Positions 28,772 to 38,200 of a stretch of 64,000 bases of DNA are shown here, piece after piece; position 1 is the first letter of the stretch; each line of letters starts with the position of its first letter. The notes below the pieces were generated by a model. It was not told where the DNA came from. It saw only the letters and a list, made by a program, of their open reading frames with translations, and made no database searches. The translations under genes and the position numbers were made by a program. Source of the stretch: an uncultured Dehalococcoidales bacterium (GTDB lineage Bacteria; Chloroflexota; Dehalococcoidia; Dehalococcoidales; UBA3254). Location: NCBI GenBank assembly GCA_964386535.1, contig CAYLRY010000001.1:3830-67829 (forward strand). Direction: 5' to 3'.

Positions 28772-31700
28772 ATGAGCGAGATTAATAAGAATCAGAAAGC
28801 GTATCTGGATCAAGTTTTTGGGAGCAGGGTGTCATTCAGGAAGACGGAAAGAATACTTTACGGACATGACATTGCGGCTATTCCCAGCCTGATAAAGCCG
28901 CTGGTGGGTGATACTGTTCCTGGAGCGGTAGTTCAACCTGCTTCAGAGGAGGAACTGGTCAATCTGGTTCGCTGGGCAGCAGACAACAGGGTTCCTCTAG
29001 TTCCCAGGGGAAAATCTACTTCGGGCTACGGAGGAGTGCTGCCGGTGCGAGGGGGTATAGTGGTGGACTTTTACCGGATGAATAAAGTCCTTAAGATTGA
29101 CCCGCAATTATTAACTGTTACTGTGCAGGCCGGGGTAGTCTGGAAGGGACTGGATGACTATCTTGGAAAGCAGGGGTTGACTCTGAAACTGTATCCCTCC
29201 AGCTATCCGGCGGCAACGGCCGGCGGATGGTTAGCCCAGGGAGGAGCCGGTATCGGTTCCTTTGAATCCGGCTGGTTCAGAGATAATGTGATGAGCGCCC
29301 GTGTGGTACTGCCAAACGGCCTGGTCCGCGAGTTTGATAGAGAAGACCTGGACCTGATCAGTGAAGCAGGAGGCATTACGGGATTAATAAGTGAGATTAC
29401 CTTACGCATTCAACCCCGGGAAGATCTGGAAATAGCGGCGATAGGGAACCGGGACGCAGACGGTCTCCAGCAACTACTACAGTTTATTTCTGCGGAAAAA
29501 CTACCCGTCTGGTCAGTGCTTTTTATTAACCCGCGTATGGCGCAGCTAAAGAATAAAGTACCTTTAATGGAACATCAGGGGCGCCCTGTGGAGGAGCGGG
29601 TACTGCTTCCGGAATTATACATTACCGTTATGGCTTTCCGCCGCAAAGACCTCTCAATTATAACTGAGAGACTCCCGTCCATACTGCAAAAATCAGGAGC
29701 AGAGAAGCTGTCTGACCACATTGCCAGGCATGAATGGGAGAACCGTTTTAAGATTATGGCTGTAAAACGACTGGGACCCAGCCTGGTGCCGGCTGAAGTG
29801 GTGATACCCCTGAGCAGTCTGGGCAGGGTGATGAATGAAATTGAAAGCAAAGTTAAGCAACCCCTGGTCAAAGAAGGGATTGTAGTACAAAGGCCAGGTA
29901 GTCAAGAACCGGAAGTGGTCATTCTGGGGCTGATACCCAGTGACCAGCGAAAATTTAAGTATAATTTTGTTTTTGCCCTTTCCGTAACCATCACCAAAAT
30001 AGCCGAAAGGTTCGGCGGCCGGCCATATTCTACGGGCATGTATTATACAGGGAAAGCCCCTTATGTACTGGGCAGAGAAAGATATAACCGGCTCCAGGCA
30101 TTTAAGAAAGAAATAGATCCCCACGGCATACTGAATCCCGGAAAGGTCATAGGCGGCGCCCTTTTAAGCGGGTTTATGAAGATGGCCGAAAAATTGGAAC
30201 CGCTGCTACGGCCTCCGGGCAACCGTGTAACGACTCTGATCGGTGAGAGACCGCGTAAAACCAGACGCCATGTACCGCCTGATGTGGCCTGGTATGCCTA
30301 TAGTTGCTCTCAATGCGGCTATTGTATTGATGAATGCGACCAGTTTTATGGGCGGGGCTGGGAGAGCCAGAGTCCCCGGGGTAAGTGGTACTGGCTGCGG
30401 GAGTACCTGGAAGGACGTGAAGAGTTCGACCAGTTCATGGTAGATACTATGGTAGCCTGTACTACATGCGAATACTGCAACCACCGTTGTTCTGTATCTC
30501 TGCCCATAGAGTCCTCCTGGATGAAACTGCGGGGAGAGTTGATACAGGAAGAAAAGAAGATGACTTTTCCGCCCTTTGAGATCATGGCAGCCGCCCTGCG
30601 TAAGGAAGGAGATATCTGGGCGGGTTACCGGAAAGACCGGACAAGCTGGTTCCCTGCTGATTTGAAAGAAAAACACGGTCCGGAGCATAAGGCCAGGAAC
30701 GTGTATTTTGCCGGCTGTACGGCCAGTTACGTAGAGCAGGATATCGGTATGGCCAGTGTCAGATTACTGGATGAGGCTGGAGTGGACTTTACTTATCTGG
30801 GCGAGAAGGAAAACTGCTGCGGAACACCCATGCTGGTATCCGGCAAGTGGGATGTTTTTGCAGAAACTGTAAAGAAAAATATACAGGCAGTTAAGGAGTG
30901 CGGCGCGGACCTGGTAATAACCTCCTGCCCGGCGTGTGATATGATGTGGCGGCAGGTTTATCCGAAATGGGCGAAAAAACTGGGCATTGAATTTGACATA
31001 AAGACAAGACATTACAGCGAAATTGTGGCGGAGAAAATCGCCTCCGGCGAGTTCAAATTTCCGTCCGGAGGTGAACCACTCTGTACCGTAACCTGGCACG
31101 ACTCCTGTCATATAGGGAGAGCTACAGGGGTTTATGAACCTCCCCGTAAGATGATTGAAGCTATACCGGGCGTAAAACTGGTTGAAATGGAGCATAACCG
31201 GGAGGAGGCCCACTGCTGCGGCAGCGTATTAACCCTGATCAAAGAGCCTTCTGTGGCTGCAGAAATCGGGAAAGTCAGACTGGATGAAGCCGCTGCTTCC
31301 GGGGCCCAAAAGGTCCTGGCCCTGTGTCCCTGTTGTGAGTTCCAGTTGCGCGTCAGCGCTGACAAGAAACAGATTCCTATCGAAGTAGTGGATCTGGCCC
31401 GTTATGCCGCCTCCAGGCTTGGCTATAAATTTCCAGACCCGAATCCTGAAGTTCAACGTCAGTGGGCAGTCTTTGAAGCTATGATCAAATTGATGACGCC
31501 GGAAGGTTTTGCCGGGCTGATGGGCACCATGTGGCCGGAAATGATCAAGAGTATGCCTTTTGGTATGGGAGCTGTAATGAAGGCTATGGGCAAAGTCCCG
31601 GGAGCGCTCAACTTGATGAAGCCTCTATTCCCGGTTTTATTCCCGAAGTTACTGCCCTTAATGATGCCGAAATTGATGCCGGTAATGCTGAAAAAGGTAG

Positions 31701-31870
31701 GGGAAATGGTCCCTATGCCTGAATATATGGCCGAGCAAATGCCTGAGTTGATGCCCAAAGTCATGGATAATCTGATGCCGCATATGATAGGTCCCATGGT
31801 GCCGCTGGTGAGCCAGCCGATGATTGACTACCTGAGAGGAAAAACCAAAACTCCAGAAAAGAAGGTTTAA
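28772..31870 (+). CDS. FAD-binding (GlcD/FAD_binding_4) oxidase fused to a 4Fe-4S and 2x CCG (GlcF/HdrD-like) domain, with a Met/Pro-rich C-terminal tail; Dld-II-like
   Basis: N-terminal FAD-binding PCMH-type region. Central CSQCGYCIDEC and CTTCEYCNHRC. Two cysteine-rich CCG-type regions (..ENCCG.., ..AHCCG.., ..CPCC..). The ATG at 28772 is preferred because AAGGAG lies 6 nt upstream; the ORF is open from 28742. Confidence 0.85.
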   Translation: MSEINKNQKAYLDQVFGSRVSFRKTERILYGHDIAAIPSLIKPLVGDTVPGAVVQPASEEELVNLVRWAADNRVPLVPRGKSTSGYGGVLPVRGGIVVDFYRMNKVLKIDPQLLTVTVQAGVVWKGLDDYLGKQGLTLKLYPSSYPAATAGGWLAQGGAGIGSFESGWFRDNVMSARVVLPNGLVREFDREDLDLISEAGGITGLISEITLRIQPREDLEIAAIGNRDADGLQQLLQFISAEKLPVWSVLFINPRMAQLKNKVPLMEHQGRPVEERVLLPELYITVMAFRRKDLSIITERLPSILQKSGAEKLSDHIARHEWENRFKIMAVKRLGPSLVPAEVVIPLSSLGRVMNEIESKVKQPLVKEGIVVQRPGSQEPEVVILGLIPSDQRKFKYNFVFALSVTITKIAERFGGRPYSTGMYYTGKAPYVLGRERYNRLQAFKKEIDPHGILNPGKVIGGALLSGFMKMAEKLEPLLRPPGNRVTTLIGERPRKTRRHVPPDVAWYAYSCSQCGYCIDECDQFYGRGWESQSPRGKWYWLREYLEGREEFDQFMVDTMVACTTCEYCNHRCSVSLPIESSWMKLRGELIQEEKKMTFPPFEIMAAALRKEGDIWAGYRKDRTSWFPADLKEKHGPEHKARNVYFAGCTASYVEQDIGMASVRLLDEAGVDFTYLGEKENCCGTPMLVSGKWDVFAETVKKNIQAVKECGADLVITSCPACDMMWRQVYPKWAKKLGIEFDIKTRHYSEIVAEKIASGEFKFPSGGEPLCTVTWHDSCHIGRATGVYEPPRKMIEAIPGVKLVEMEHNREEAHCCGSVLTLIKEPSVAAEIGKVRLDEAAASGAQKVLALCPCCEFQLRVSADKKQIPIEVVDLARYAASRLGYKFPDPNPEVQRQWAVFEAMIKLMTPEGFAGLMGTMWPEMIKSMPFGMGAVMKAMGKVPGALNLMKPLFPVLFPKLLPLMMPKLMPVMLKKVGEMVPMPEYMAEQMPELMPKVMDNLMPHMIGPMVPLVSQPMIDYLRGKTKTPEKKV

Positions 31871-31873
31871 TCT

Positions 31874-31930
31874 CCAGCCAGCCAGAAACTGTTTACAGTT
31901 TCTGGCTGGCTGGATCTGACATTTTTTTGC
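31874..31930 (+). terminator. Rho-independent terminator
   Basis: Perfect 18-bp stem CCAGCCAGCCAGAAACTG-ttta-CAGTTTCTGGCTGGCTGG, followed shortly by a T7 run. Confidence 0.8.
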
Positions 31931-32025
31931 TTCAAAATGAAAAACCGGTGTATAATTGGCTGACCAATCAAACTGGTTATTGATATTGTAAAAACCTAAA
32001 CCAGTCCCATTGGTAATGGAGAATA

Positions 32026-33369
32026 ATGGAGCCAACCACTGCGGACAGCAGTACAAATTTGCCTTCAGGTTCTTTCAATTTACATAATTCCAGTTTTTTC
32101 TACGGCTACATTATTGTGGGCGCGGCCTTCCTTGCGATGCTGGTGCTTTTTGGGGCGCAGTACAGCTTCGGCATTTTTTTTAAACCCATGCTGGACGAGT
32201 TCGGCTGGTCCAGGGCCCTCACCTCCGGCATTTATTCCATGAATGTAATTATTCAGGGTTTTTTTACCATTCTGGCCGGCAGGCTTAATGATCGCTTTGG
32301 TCCCAGAATTGTGGTCGGTTTATCGGCAGTTTTGCTATGTACTGGATATATGCTAATGTCGCAGGTCAATGCGGTTTGGCAGATATACCTTTACTATGGT
32401 ATTTTTATAAGCCTGGGATCCTGCATCTGGGTGCCCCTGGTATCCACCTGCGCCAGATGGTTTATCAAGAGAAGAGGGATGATGAGCGGTATCATCTCTT
32501 CAGGCATTGGTTTTGGGATGGTCATTTTCCCTCCGGTGGCTAACCAGCTAATTGCAGGATTTGGCTGGCGTACCTCTTTTATCATTATGGGAATAGCAGC
32601 GGCAGTCATCATGCTGATATCAGCCATGTTATTGCAGAGAGATCCTTCTCAAAGAGGGCTTAAGGCTCTGGGGTCTGATCAGGCAAATATGAAGTGGTCT
32701 GATTCAGCCATGCAGGGTTATACTTTGATGGAAGCAGTAAAGACCCGGCAATTCTGGATTCTATGTCTGACCTTTTTTACCTCCAATTACTGCGTCCAGA
32801 CTGTAGTGGTACACATGGCGCCCCATGCCACAGATATCGGCATCGGGGCAGCGGCGGCCGCTACGATTATTTCGGCTGTTGGGCTGCTGAGCATTTGTTC
32901 CAAGATCGGACTGGGCGCAGCCATCGATAAACTGGGCGGAAGGCCAGTACTGGTGGTCATACCGGTCCTGATTGCCCTTTCTTTTTTCTGGCTCCTGCCA
33001 TCCAACCAGCTTTGGATGTTTTACCTGTTCTCAGTAGTCTTTGCCATTGGTTACGGCGGATCTTCTGCCATTCAATCTCCCATTACAGCCGAATTTTTCG
33101 GACTTAAGTCACATGGCGCTATTTTGGGCATGCTTTTAATAGGCAATTTTGCCGGAGGCGCTGTGGGTCCCGCGGTGGCCGGATATATTTTTGATACCAC
33201 CGAAAGTTACCTTTGGGCGTTTATCATTTGCGCCATCATCAGCCTGGCGGCCTTTTCCGCAATATTGTTTTTAAAACCCACCAGTAAAAAGGAACCGGTG
33301 ATAGATAGGGCAGATCCAGCTAACAAAATCAATAATCCAGCTTTAAATAGAAAAAACTCCAAACACTAA
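32026..33369 (+). CDS. MFS transporter, oxalate/formate antiporter (OFA)-like
   Basis: 12-TM pattern. FGW.R...S..YS and DR.GPR motifs are shared with the other OFA-like ORF at 43188-44468. Confidence 0.85.
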   Translation: MEPTTADSSTNLPSGSFNLHNSSFFYGYIIVGAAFLAMLVLFGAQYSFGIFFKPMLDEFGWSRALTSGIYSMNVIIQGFFTILAGRLNDRFGPRIVVGLSAVLLCTGYMLMSQVNAVWQIYLYYGIFISLGSCIWVPLVSTCARWFIKRRGMMSGIISSGIGFGMVIFPPVANQLIAGFGWRTSFIIMGIAAAVIMLISAMLLQRDPSQRGLKALGSDQANMKWSDSAMQGYTLMEAVKTRQFWILCLTFFTSNYCVQTVVVHMAPHATDIGIGAAAAATIISAVGLLSICSKIGLGAAIDKLGGRPVLVVIPVLIALSFFWLLPSNQLWMFYLFSVVFAIGYGGSSAIQSPITAEFFGLKSHGAILGMLLIGNFAGGAVGPAVAGYIFDTTESYLWAFIICAIISLAAFSAILFLKPTSKKEPVIDRADPANKINNPALNRKNSKH

Positions 33370-33494
33370 TGTTTATCCTGTCTCCTACTGAAGAATAACT
33401 CTGGTTATTGCCTGCATCACCGCCCAGAATATATAATGGTCTACATAATCAAAAGAAAGATTTTGGTTAATTTGGAAGAAAGGAGGGTCAGGCC

Positions 33495-34373
33495 ATGGCT
33501 AAAAAGTATGGCAAATATATCTATAAGAGACTGGTTAAGAAAAGCCCGCATCCGGAGATTACGGCTCCTATAGTCTCTTTAAAACCCAAAAAAGAAGCCG
33601 GCGGAACGGATGTTTCCTTTGAATGGTGTTACATTACGCAGCCGGTTGATTTGGAAAAAAAGCCGGAGGCGGAGGAACTGGAGCGTTTCCTGGTTTTCGC
33701 CGGAGGAGATCCTCTGAACCTGGATGACTTTAAGGCTGAAATAGTGATATCATTGGGAGAAAAGGGAGAAATTTTTAAGTTCAATGAGCCCAGGGTGGTT
33801 TATATCCCCAGCGGGTTAGTGCATTATCCCTTGGCGGTAAAAAAGGTGGAAAGGCCGCTTATGATGTTGAATATCACCTCCACACATAAGTACCCGCTCA
33901 AAGAGACAGCGGATTATGCCAGATATATCACTGCGCCTTCCATCAATGTGCATACAGATGTGATCAGAACCTACCATGACGATAAGTTGACCAAAGAACA
34001 AAAGTGGACCTATAAGGAATTGAAATACTCCGGAAAAGAGGCCTCCGGAGGAGGTTTAACGCTGGGCTGGTTTCCTGTTTTAGAACCGCATATCATGCAT
34101 GAAATCCCGCATTCACACGACCATGACATGCTGGCACTCTTTTTAGGCGGCAATCCCGGCAATGTAGCCGAATTTGATGCAGAGTTAGATATGTGGCTGG
34201 GCGAGGAAGGCGAAAAACACTCCGTTACCTCTACATCAGCCGTCTATCATCCTAAGGGATTGATACACCGCCAGGTAGATTTTCAGAGGGTAGATAAGCC
34301 ATTCCAGGAATTTCATATTTTTATGGCTCCGGAATACTTAAAAGCTAAAAATCCGCCAGCTAAATCCGTATAG
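33495..34373 (+). CDS. Hypothetical bicupin-like protein
   Basis: Two halves each resemble a cupin barrel. The C-terminal half (PHSHDHD..FLGGNP....F.AE.DMWLGEEGEKH...........P.GL.H...F.RVDKP) is paralogous to the ORF at 51071-51586. Confidence 0.6.
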   Translation: MAKKYGKYIYKRLVKKSPHPEITAPIVSLKPKKEAGGTDVSFEWCYITQPVDLEKKPEAEELERFLVFAGGDPLNLDDFKAEIVISLGEKGEIFKFNEPRVVYIPSGLVHYPLAVKKVERPLMMLNITSTHKYPLKETADYARYITAPSINVHTDVIRTYHDDKLTKEQKWTYKELKYSGKEASGGGLTLGWFPVLEPHIMHEIPHSHDHDMLALFLGGNPGNVAEFDAELDMWLGEEGEKHSVTSTSAVYHPKGLIHRQVDFQRVDKPFQEFHIFMAPEYLKAKNPPAKSV

Positions 34374-34458
34374 TTACCAACAAAGGTTTATTCAATAGCT
34401 TTGGTAATTGCGCCCAAAGTGGAGAATTAGCCTGAAAAGGAAAGCGTATTTGAGTGAT

Positions 34459-35313
34459 ATGTTAAGGCATACCTTTATTCATGTACCAGGGATCGGGCCT
34501 GCCACCGAACGGCGGATCTGGTTATCCGGATCAGGTACCTGGGAAGATTTTTTCCGGAAACGTCAGCTCTGCCACCTGCCGGGGTCGATGCAAAACAGGA
34601 TCACGGGCTGTCTGGAGGAATCGGTTGCGGCGGTAAAGGGCGCTGATTATCGCTATTTTGAAGCTTTGTTGCCTGCGGGAGAAATGTGGCGTCTTTATGG
34701 AGAGCTCAGGTCAAACACAGCTTTCGTGGATATTGAGACTACTGGTCTGTATGCCGGCCCAGGCTCGATTACCCTGATAGGCTTATTTAACGGGTGGGAA
34801 ACCAGGGTATTTATCCAGGGTATTAATCTTGAAGAATTCAATGAAGAGATAAAAAAATACCGGCTTATAGTCACTTTCAATGGAAAACGGTTCGACGTTC
34901 CTTTTATCCGTGAGGTGCTGGGTGATTTGCCGGCTGGAATCGTTCATCTGGACCTGATGTATCCTTTGAGACGTCTGGGATACAGGGGAGGGCTCAAGTC
35001 CATTGAGGCGCAACTGGGAATTGGCCGTGAAGGAATCCTCAGGCAGGTGGATGGTTTTATAGCTGTACTTCTCTGGCACGAATATAAAAGGGGTCATAAA
35101 GGAGCGCTGGATACCCTGATTCGCTATAACCTGGAGGATGTAGTCAATCTTCAGTTTCTGGCTGACCATGTTTATAATAAAAGCATTTCCGGACTACCGG
35201 TAACCGTTGAATCTTTACCGGAGCCTGAGAAATGGCAGTTAGATAATATGCCTTATGACGAAGAACTGGTAGAATATTTACTTAGACAGATGCAGGAACG
35301 ATGGTCAGAATGA
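34459..35313 (+). CDS. RNase H-like (YprB/DEDD exonuclease-fold) domain protein
   Basis: AFVDIETTGL motif followed by ..TFNG..FD.PF... The ATG at 34459 is preferred; the ORF is open from a TTG at 34408. Confidence 0.7.
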   Translation: MLRHTFIHVPGIGPATERRIWLSGSGTWEDFFRKRQLCHLPGSMQNRITGCLEESVAAVKGADYRYFEALLPAGEMWRLYGELRSNTAFVDIETTGLYAGPGSITLIGLFNGWETRVFIQGINLEEFNEEIKKYRLIVTFNGKRFDVPFIREVLGDLPAGIVHLDLMYPLRRLGYRGGLKSIEAQLGIGREGILRQVDGFIAVLLWHEYKRGHKGALDTLIRYNLEDVVNLQFLADHVYNKSISGLPVTVESLPEPEKWQLDNMPYDEELVEYLLRQMQERWSE

Positions 35314-35359
35314 GACAGCTTCCGGTTTTTTTACACTATAAAGAGGTTATATAGATGAG

Positions 35360-35734
35360 ATGGCCAGGAAAATCCTGATCCAATCCGGTTCAACAACTCT
35401 GGAAGCAGAGATTGATAATAGCGCAACTGCAGATGCTATCTGGCAGGCTCTACCTATAAAAAGCACGGCGAATACCTGGGGTCAGGAGATTTATTTTGAA
35501 ATCCCGGTAAAGACGAAGTCCGAAAAAGGGAAGGAAATTGTAAACACCGGGGACATAGCCTACTGGCCTCCGGGCAAGGCGTTCTGTATTTTTTTCGGCC
35601 CTACCCCGGTTAGCCGTGGAACTGAGATCAGAGCAGCCAGCGAAGTGAATGTATTCGGAAAAATTACCGGAGACATGAAATTACTCTCCTCAATTAAAGA
35701 TTATGATGAAATCACCGTAAATCGAGTGCAGTAG
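35360..35734 (+). CDS. Cyclophilin-like superfamily protein (non-PPIase type)
   Basis: Pattern ..N.TA..I...LP......WG.E.YF.I.......G....G.IAYWPPG.A..IFFG. Confidence 0.65.
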   Translation: MARKILIQSGSTTLEAEIDNSATADAIWQALPIKSTANTWGQEIYFEIPVKTKSEKGKEIVNTGDIAYWPPGKAFCIFFGPTPVSRGTEIRAASEVNVFGKITGDMKLLSSIKDYDEITVNRVQ

Positions 35735-35755
35735 TTCCATTGCACAAACCACTAC

Positions 35756-35828
35756 CCAACCTTAAAGTATGCTATAATTGGTAGATTCGTTCCCCACTTT
35801 AAGTCGGTTGGTACCCTTTGGTTTTTTT
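35756..35828 (+). terminator. Terminator candidate
   Basis: CCAACCTTAAAGT...ACTTTAAGtcGGTTGG long hairpin, followed by a T7 run at 35822-35828. Confidence 0.45.
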
Positions 35829-35842
35829 CCATTTATAAATGA

Positions 35843-37204
35843 ATGTATAAAGGCGCCAAGGTTAAAAGAGACTGGACACAGGGAAGCCTGGTAAAAAACC
35901 TGCTGGCTATGTCCTGGCCAGTTATGATAAGCACCACCATAAACATGATGGGCCCTACTACCGATATGATATGGGTAGGCAAGCTGGGCTCCAGCTCCAT
36001 TGCCGGGGTGGGAGTCTCCGGGCTGGCTGTGCAGGTAGCCAATGCGCTGGTATTGGGCCTCTTTACCGGAACTTCTGCGCTGGTGGCCCGTTTTATCGGA
36101 GCCAAAGACGAGACCAATGCCAACCGGGTAGCGCAGCAGGCTTTTGTACTTTCCGGCGCATTCTCTCTGCTGGTAGCCATTATCGGTATCTTTATGAGCT
36201 ACCAGATACTTTCATTAATGGGCGTTTCGCCGGAGGTTATCGAGGCGGGCGTCTCCTATATGCGCATCCAGTTTATCGGCATATTTACCATGAGCTCACT
36301 TCAGGTAGCTCAACGTATCATGCAGGCCACAGGTGATACTGTAACTCCGATGAAAATCGGCATAGCCTATAGAATTATCCAGATGGCGCTCTGCCCGGCG
36401 ATGATTTTCGGCTGGTCGTTTTTCCCGCAAATGGGCGTACAGGGCGCCGCGCTAAGCAACGTGATAGCTCAGGGCCTGGGCGGCGGGTTCGCCTGCTGGA
36501 TCTTGTTCAGCGGCCGTCACAGGATCAAGGTGACCATGAAGAACTTCAAGTTTAATACCAATCTGGTTTGGCGGCAGGTGAAAATCGGCATCCCATCCAT
36601 GATCACTCAGGCAGAAAGAAACTTCGCCGGACTGATCATGGTTGGTTTTATGATTCCCTATGGCACTATAGCAGTGGCAGCCCACAGCCTGGCGCAAAGG
36701 GTGGATGGATTTATACAGATCCTGCCCAGCGCTTTCAGTACTCCTTCCGGTGTGCTGGCAGCCCAGAACCTGGGTGCTAAAAGGCCTGACCGGGCTGCCA
36801 GGACGGTATGGATTGCTGCCGGTATGGCTGTAACTGCCGGGGTGGTTTTTTCCATCTTGATATGGCTGTTTGCGGAGCAGGTAGTCCGTATCTTTAATAG
36901 CGAGCCGGAACTGGTGGCCACCACTGCACTTTATATAAGAATACAGGTAAGCGCTTATGCCATCTGGGGGATAGTCTTTACCATGACCGAGTCTTTAAAC
37001 GCCATAGGTGACACAGTGGTTACCATGTTAACCAACCTGATCACTGCCTGGGGAATACAGATGTCCCTGGCATATTTTCTGCCCAATATGGGTGATCTGG
37101 GAGTGCTGGGGGTACGCTGGGCGCTGGCTGGAGCCGTTATAGGGCGCGGCATTTTGCTACCCATTTATTTCAAAATGGGCCGCTGGAAGCGTAAGAAAGT
37201 GTAA
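35843..37204 (+). CDS. MATE-family efflux transporter
   Basis: 12-TM protein of 453 aa. N-terminal ..L..L..P......L..........VG.LG..A.A.VG pattern. Confidence 0.85.
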   Translation: MYKGAKVKRDWTQGSLVKNLLAMSWPVMISTTINMMGPTTDMIWVGKLGSSSIAGVGVSGLAVQVANALVLGLFTGTSALVARFIGAKDETNANRVAQQAFVLSGAFSLLVAIIGIFMSYQILSLMGVSPEVIEAGVSYMRIQFIGIFTMSSLQVAQRIMQATGDTVTPMKIGIAYRIIQMALCPAMIFGWSFFPQMGVQGAALSNVIAQGLGGGFACWILFSGRHRIKVTMKNFKFNTNLVWRQVKIGIPSMITQAERNFAGLIMVGFMIPYGTIAVAAHSLAQRVDGFIQILPSAFSTPSGVLAAQNLGAKRPDRAARTVWIAAGMAVTAGVVFSILIWLFAEQVVRIFNSEPELVATTALYIRIQVSAYAIWGIVFTMTESLNAIGDTVVTMLTNLITAWGIQMSLAYFLPNMGDLGVLGVRWALAGAVIGRGILLPIYFKMGRWKRKKV

Positions 37205-37209
37205 TGGAT

Positions 37210-37890
37210 TTAGAGTTGACTCAGCACATTTATCAGATCATTAGAGAGTGTTACCCAGCCAAAAACGCGTGCGACGTTATAGACGGTGGCATCCTGCAAA
37301 TAGTCCGGTCCCACACAGCCGCAGCCGTCACTGATTAAAATAGGGAAGTATTCGTGGAAAAAGGCATCCCTTATGGTGGATTCCACGCAGATATTGGTAA
37401 ATAATCCGGTGAACACCAGATACTTGAGATTATTGGTTCTTAAAATAATGTCCAGGCCGGTATTGGGGAACCCGCTAAAGCGGTTTTTATTAACCAGGAT
37501 ATCTCCAGATTGAGGCTTAAGCTCGTCGATAATCTCCCAGTTCCAGGTACCTACAATTAAACCATTTTCCCTGGTTTCCGGTTTTTGGCGCATTCTGGAT
37601 ATACCGCTTTCTTTCCAATAATTGGGGGATTCGGGACCACCGGCGTCAGCCAGATCAGGCCGGTAACCCATCCTGAGATAAATAATCTTGATTCCACAGC
37701 TGCGACAGGCCAGGATGACTTTTTTATCCACTTCGATGACCTTATCTACTTTTGGCTTATTCAGGCTGCCCATCAGATCAAACATCCCGCCAATCGAACA
37801 AAAGGCGTTTTGCATATCCACCACTACCAGGGCAGTCCTCTCTAATTCAATTTTAACGGGTTCGGGATTAGCCGGAATGAATATCTGCAT
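37210..37890 (-). CDS. Isochorismatase-family cysteine hydrolase
   Basis: ALVVVDMQN N-terminal strand and G..TNICVEST containing the catalytic Cys. Confidence 0.85.
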   Translation of the reverse strand: MQIFIPANPEPVKIELERTALVVVDMQNAFCSIGGMFDLMGSLNKPKVDKVIEVDKKVILACRSCGIKIIYLRMGYRPDLADAGGPESPNYWKESGISRMRQKPETRENGLIVGTWNWEIIDELKPQSGDILVNKNRFSGFPNTGLDIILRTNNLKYLVFTGLFTNICVESTIRDAFFHEYFPILISDGCGCVGPDYLQDATVYNVARVFGWVTLSNDLINVLSQL

Positions 37891-38200
37891 ATATTTAAAA
37901 CTCCTTTATTATCTGGCTCTATCCACCTGAAAACCTCACGTCAATTATACCGGAAGCGCAGAAACAGAACAAAAAAAAGCCACCAGGCATTCCTGATAAT
38001 TAGTGAAGCGAAAGTTGTTTGAGCGAACCCATAGTCAAGCGTGATACGAACCTGTAATCAGGTACAAAAAGACCATATAGAGAAGTTAGGCTCAGTAACC
38101 GAAATACCTTTAAGAGTCGTTGAAAGTTGCAGGATGATACAGGGAAATGGTACAAATATCTTAAACGGGCATACAGCCGCGAAAGGCAGGATCGTTTAAA

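Noticed and set aside
37891-38200. A 310-nt gap upstream of the PfkB kinase as a possible riboswitch or ncRNA.
   Set aside because: I could not match it to any riboswitch consensus I know (purine, ZTP, c-di-GMP-I, preQ1), and I saw no convincing terminator/antiterminator pair. It is left unannotated.
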